NCBI RefSeq assembly: GCF_009914755.1
Contig: NC_060933.1
Origin: the human T2T-CHM13v2.0 reference genome, Homo sapiens
Length of the DNA stretch: 64,000 nucleotides
Direction: 5' to 3' (one strand)
Shown here: piece by piece, positions 59,458-64,000 of the stretch
Layout: every line of letters begins with the position of its first letter
Position numbering within the stretch: position 1 is the first letter of the stretch
Position numbers and translations under genes: made by a program
The notes under the pieces: model-generated
The model's database searches: none
The model's input: only the letters and a program-made list of their open reading frames with translations
Told to the model about the DNA's origin: nothing

Positions 59458-59570
59458 ATGTGTAGCTTAAGATATATGTATATGCACACATACAATGTGT
59501 AGCTTAAGATATATGTATATGTGTACACATACACATGTGTAGCTTAAGGTATACGTATATGCACACACAC
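59458..59570. repeat. 37-40-bp tandem repeat, 3 copies
   Basis: atgtgtagcttaag starts at 59458, 59495 and 59535. Confidence 0.85.
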
Positions 59571-59717
59571 GTTGTCTACGCTCTTTTCTTTAAAATATTG
59601 TTTTAAAATGTATCATCATCTTTCCATGCATTTTGATCTGAACATAGATATTTTAAGATTTAACAAATTAGTCATAATTATATAAAAATATGCTTGTCCA
59701 AACTTTGATCCATCTAG

Positions 59718-60068
<351 letters not shown>

Positions 60069-60616
60069 GTTATAGCACTATTGTATTCAAAGTACTTTGG
60101 ATGTGTTGGGTAGTTGAATGTTCACACTTTTTGGATAAGTACTATCATTACCCGAATTTATGGTTGAAAAAAATTAAGTATAAGGAAATAACATTAGTTA
60201 TCTATAAATATAGCAAGAAAACTGCAGTGCCTATACAAAAACCCTATCTCATTCATTTGTAACTATGAGAACCATTATTTACAGAATATATCATTTGACG
60301 AGTAATCAAAAACAGTGTTTGATTTTTAGTCTCATGTTTTATAATAATAAAGTGTGTTAACCAGTTTTCAAATTTTGTACATTTCCAAATTTATTGTCTT
60401 GGTTAATTGCATTTTACTCTTTCAAGTTTATAAAAGTTAGGTATACTTTAGTTGATTCCATCATTTTTTAATACTTCTACTAATAATTTGTCTTTTTCCT
60501 TGCTTTTAATCCTGACTTGATTTTAGTTAACTTCCATTTAGCAAAATCATATTTTGTATGTATCTATGCTTAGTAGTATTTTTACATGAGATAATCAGGT
60601 AGTCATTTGCCAATAT

Positions 60617-60985
60617 TGTTACGGTGTGGCTGTGTCCCCACCTAAATCTTATCTTGAATTGTAACTCCCATAAATCCCACATATTGTGGGAGGGATCCAG
60701 TGGAAGATAACTGAATCGTGGAAGTAGTTTCCGTTATAGTGTTCTCATGATGGCGAATAAGTCTCATGAGATCTGTTGGTTTTGGACAGGGGTTTCTCCT
60801 TTAGCTTGTTTTTCTTTCTCTCTAGTCTGTCACAACGTAAGACGTGCCTTTTGCCTTCTACCACGATTGTGAGGCCTCCTCAGCCAGTGGAACTGTGAGT
60901 CCATTAAACCTCTTCTTCTTTACAAATTACTCAGTCTCCATAATGTATAAAGAAATTAACAGCAGCATGAAAATGGACTAATACA
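60617..60985 (+). mobile_element. THE1 (B/C) solo LTR
   Basis: ggctgtgtccccacc...gtccattaaacctc...aatggactaataca; perfect 5-bp TSD aatat. Confidence 0.92.
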
Positions 60986-61451
60986 AATATGATACTTCTT
61001 TCCTCTTTAGTAATTATTTTTCAGGTTAATATGTAAACATTTGTCAAATTTAATGCTAGCTTTGGCATATAATATACAGTTAGGACATCATAAGGTCTTT
61101 GAAATGATCAATTGTCAACTTCAAAATGCTTAATTGTCAACTTCAAAATGCTTCGCTTATCTACTAATTTTTTCTATCCCGCTTTATTCAGACCTCGATG
61201 ATAGGGTTTTATTTACAGAGTTGCTGTTGTTGCTGCTCATATGGCAGCTGTTGTTTTCGTATTTGCGTTTACTATTTTATTAGATGCTTCAAGGCAGAGT
61301 TACATCTCAAACAACTTTGAACATGCAGAAGTAAAGTAAGTTATTTAAAGAACACTTTCATATATTATATGGACTATCCTGATCGTTTTAATTTAAATAT
61401 ACTTTATGATAGAGCCAAGCATGTACTATGCTTCTTTAAAGTAGCATATCT

Positions 61452-61804
61452 ACATAATGATTTCATTTCCTTTGGGTAGATATCCAATAGTGAGAGGCCA
61501 TTGTTTTCAGTGAAATAATACAGAAACAGAAAGTCAAATACCACATGTTCTCACTTGTAAGTGGCAGCTAAATAATGGGCACACATGGATATAAGCTATG
61601 GAATAATAGACATTGTAGATTAGTAAGGTTGTGGGGTAAAGGAGGATGGATGAGAAATGTGAAATTACCTAATGGGTACAATGTAAATTATTCAGGTGAT
61701 GGTTACACTAAAAGCCTAGGCTTCACCGCTATGCAATATATCTAAGTAACAAAACTGCACTTGTACAACTTACATTCATATGAATTTAAAAAATAAAAAA
61801 AGTA
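61452..61804 (+). mobile_element. L1PB4-like 3' end with 5' inversion
   Basis: aaattacctaatgggtacaatgta...cactaaaagcc; 61452-61492 is antisense L1; TSD aaagtagca at 61438 and 61805. Confidence 0.8.
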
Positions 61805-62328
61805 AAAGTAGCAAAATGTCTTGAGTAACAGGATCAACATTTATTTTATTTGCATAAACATATAACTATCAACATTAGCATTTTTATTGTTAAATAGTTG
61901 ACTACAGTGTTATAGTATTCAAATTATTTTAATTTAGATAAACTCCCTGTATTTTCAATGTTTATTAACAACCTCAATTTATTGCATCTAGACAGGATAA
62001 TATGACTATCACAAATTTAGAACTTATTCTTGAATATGTATTTTGTTTTCATTTTATAATAATCAATTTGAAAATAACTTTTTTTACAAGTCAAATATAA
62101 ATCATGCACAATAAGTCATAAATAGGATTTAATATACTTTGTAAGTTTATGCATCAAAATAAAATTTTGTTTTAATAGCCACGCTAAAGTTGAATAAAAT
62201 TAAATTCATATATAATATTTAAATGTTTTTGAAAAATTTGCTTTATTGTTACCAGAGAATCATATTTTAAACAAGAAGAGAGTAATATTAGTCAAATATT
62301 TAGTATCTTTTCATGATTAGTACCTTAT

Positions 62329-63068
62329 TGCTGAAGAGTCAAACTCTGTAAAATATTTATCATTAATGTATAATTTATAATTTATTATTTATAATTTATC
62401 ATTTATTTATTATTATTATTATAGAGATATATTCTGAGCTAAATATGAGTGACCCATAACACAGCCCTCAGGAAATCCTGAGAATATATGCCCAAGGTGT
62501 TTGGACTATAACTTGGTTTTATACGTTTTAGGGAGACATAAGACATCAATCAATATACGTAAGATGTATATTGGTTCAGTCTGGAAAAGCAGGACAACTG
62601 GAAGTTGGGGGTTGGTTGGGTAGGGGGTGGGGAGGTAGGAGGGGCTTCCACGTCATAGGTAGATTAATAGATTTTCTGATTGGCAATTGGTTGAGAGAGT
62701 TAAGTTCTTGTCTAAAGACCTAGAATCAATAGAAAGGAATGTCAGGGTTACAATAAGAGCTTGTGAAGACCAAGGTTTTATCATGCAAATGATGCCTCCA
62801 GGTAGCAAGCTTCAGAGACAATAGACTGTAAATATTTCTTATCAGATTTAAAGGGTCTGTTCTATAAGTCTTAAGGTCTATGTTGATGTTAATGCTGATC
62901 AGCTTTTCCTGAATTCCAACAAGAAGGAAGGCATAATATGGCATGTCTGACTCCCCCTTCCCTGAACTAGGTTCTACAGGTTAATTTTGGGATGCCCTTT
63001 GCTGAGAGGAGGGGTCCATTCAGATGGCTGGGCTGGGGCAGTGCTTAGAATTGTATTTTTTGTTTAAT
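62329..63068 (-). mobile_element. MER4A/B-type ERV1 solo LTR
   Basis: aagagtcaaactctgtaaaatattt...gggtccattcagatgg...cttagaatt; AT-rich insert at 62359-62422. Confidence 0.85.
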
Positions 63069-63080
63069 GAAAATAATATA

Positions 63081-63770
<690 letters not shown>

Positions 63771-64000
63771 TTACCCTTTCATGTTACTGCTAAAGAGCAT
63801 TCAGTACATTTACTCTAATGCTTAATCCACCCAGCCATTTAGAGAAATATTCACTTGACAATAATTTCGAAAGTTTACATATGTAAACTTTCTGTGTAAC
63901 TTCATCCAGAAATTTTTCTCATCATCCCCTACAATCTGTCATTATTAGATTAGGATTTTTGTGGTCCATTGTTACTTCCTGAGAACTAGTTTGACTAAAT

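Overview
Primate, almost certainly human, genomic DNA: an Alu at 13074 carries all five AluYa5 diagnostic substitutions. The window is AT-rich and dense in repeats, with no recognisable protein-coding gene. It contains a full-length but dead L1PA2/3, older L1M/L1PB/L2/MIR fragments, about 14 Alus, two Tigger2a elements, several LTRs (MLT2, MER4, MER66-like, MLT1, THE1, LTR41-like and an ERV9/LTR12-related LTR) and a 5'-deleted HERV-L. The long ORFs are repeat-derived. The most notable items are: (1) a ~2.3 kb GC- and MIR-rich foreign block (23445-25774) bounded by a 12-bp target-site duplication (TSD) and a poly(T), i.e. an apparent L1-mobilised retrocopy or orphan transduction of non-coding sequence; (2) an LTR with a 5x69-bp CCAAT/AP-1/kB-like array; (3) a perfect DUX4 motif in the HERV-L LTR; (4) a candidate 23-nt minus-strand microexon. 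Subfamily names come from recalled consensus sequences, not from a database search.
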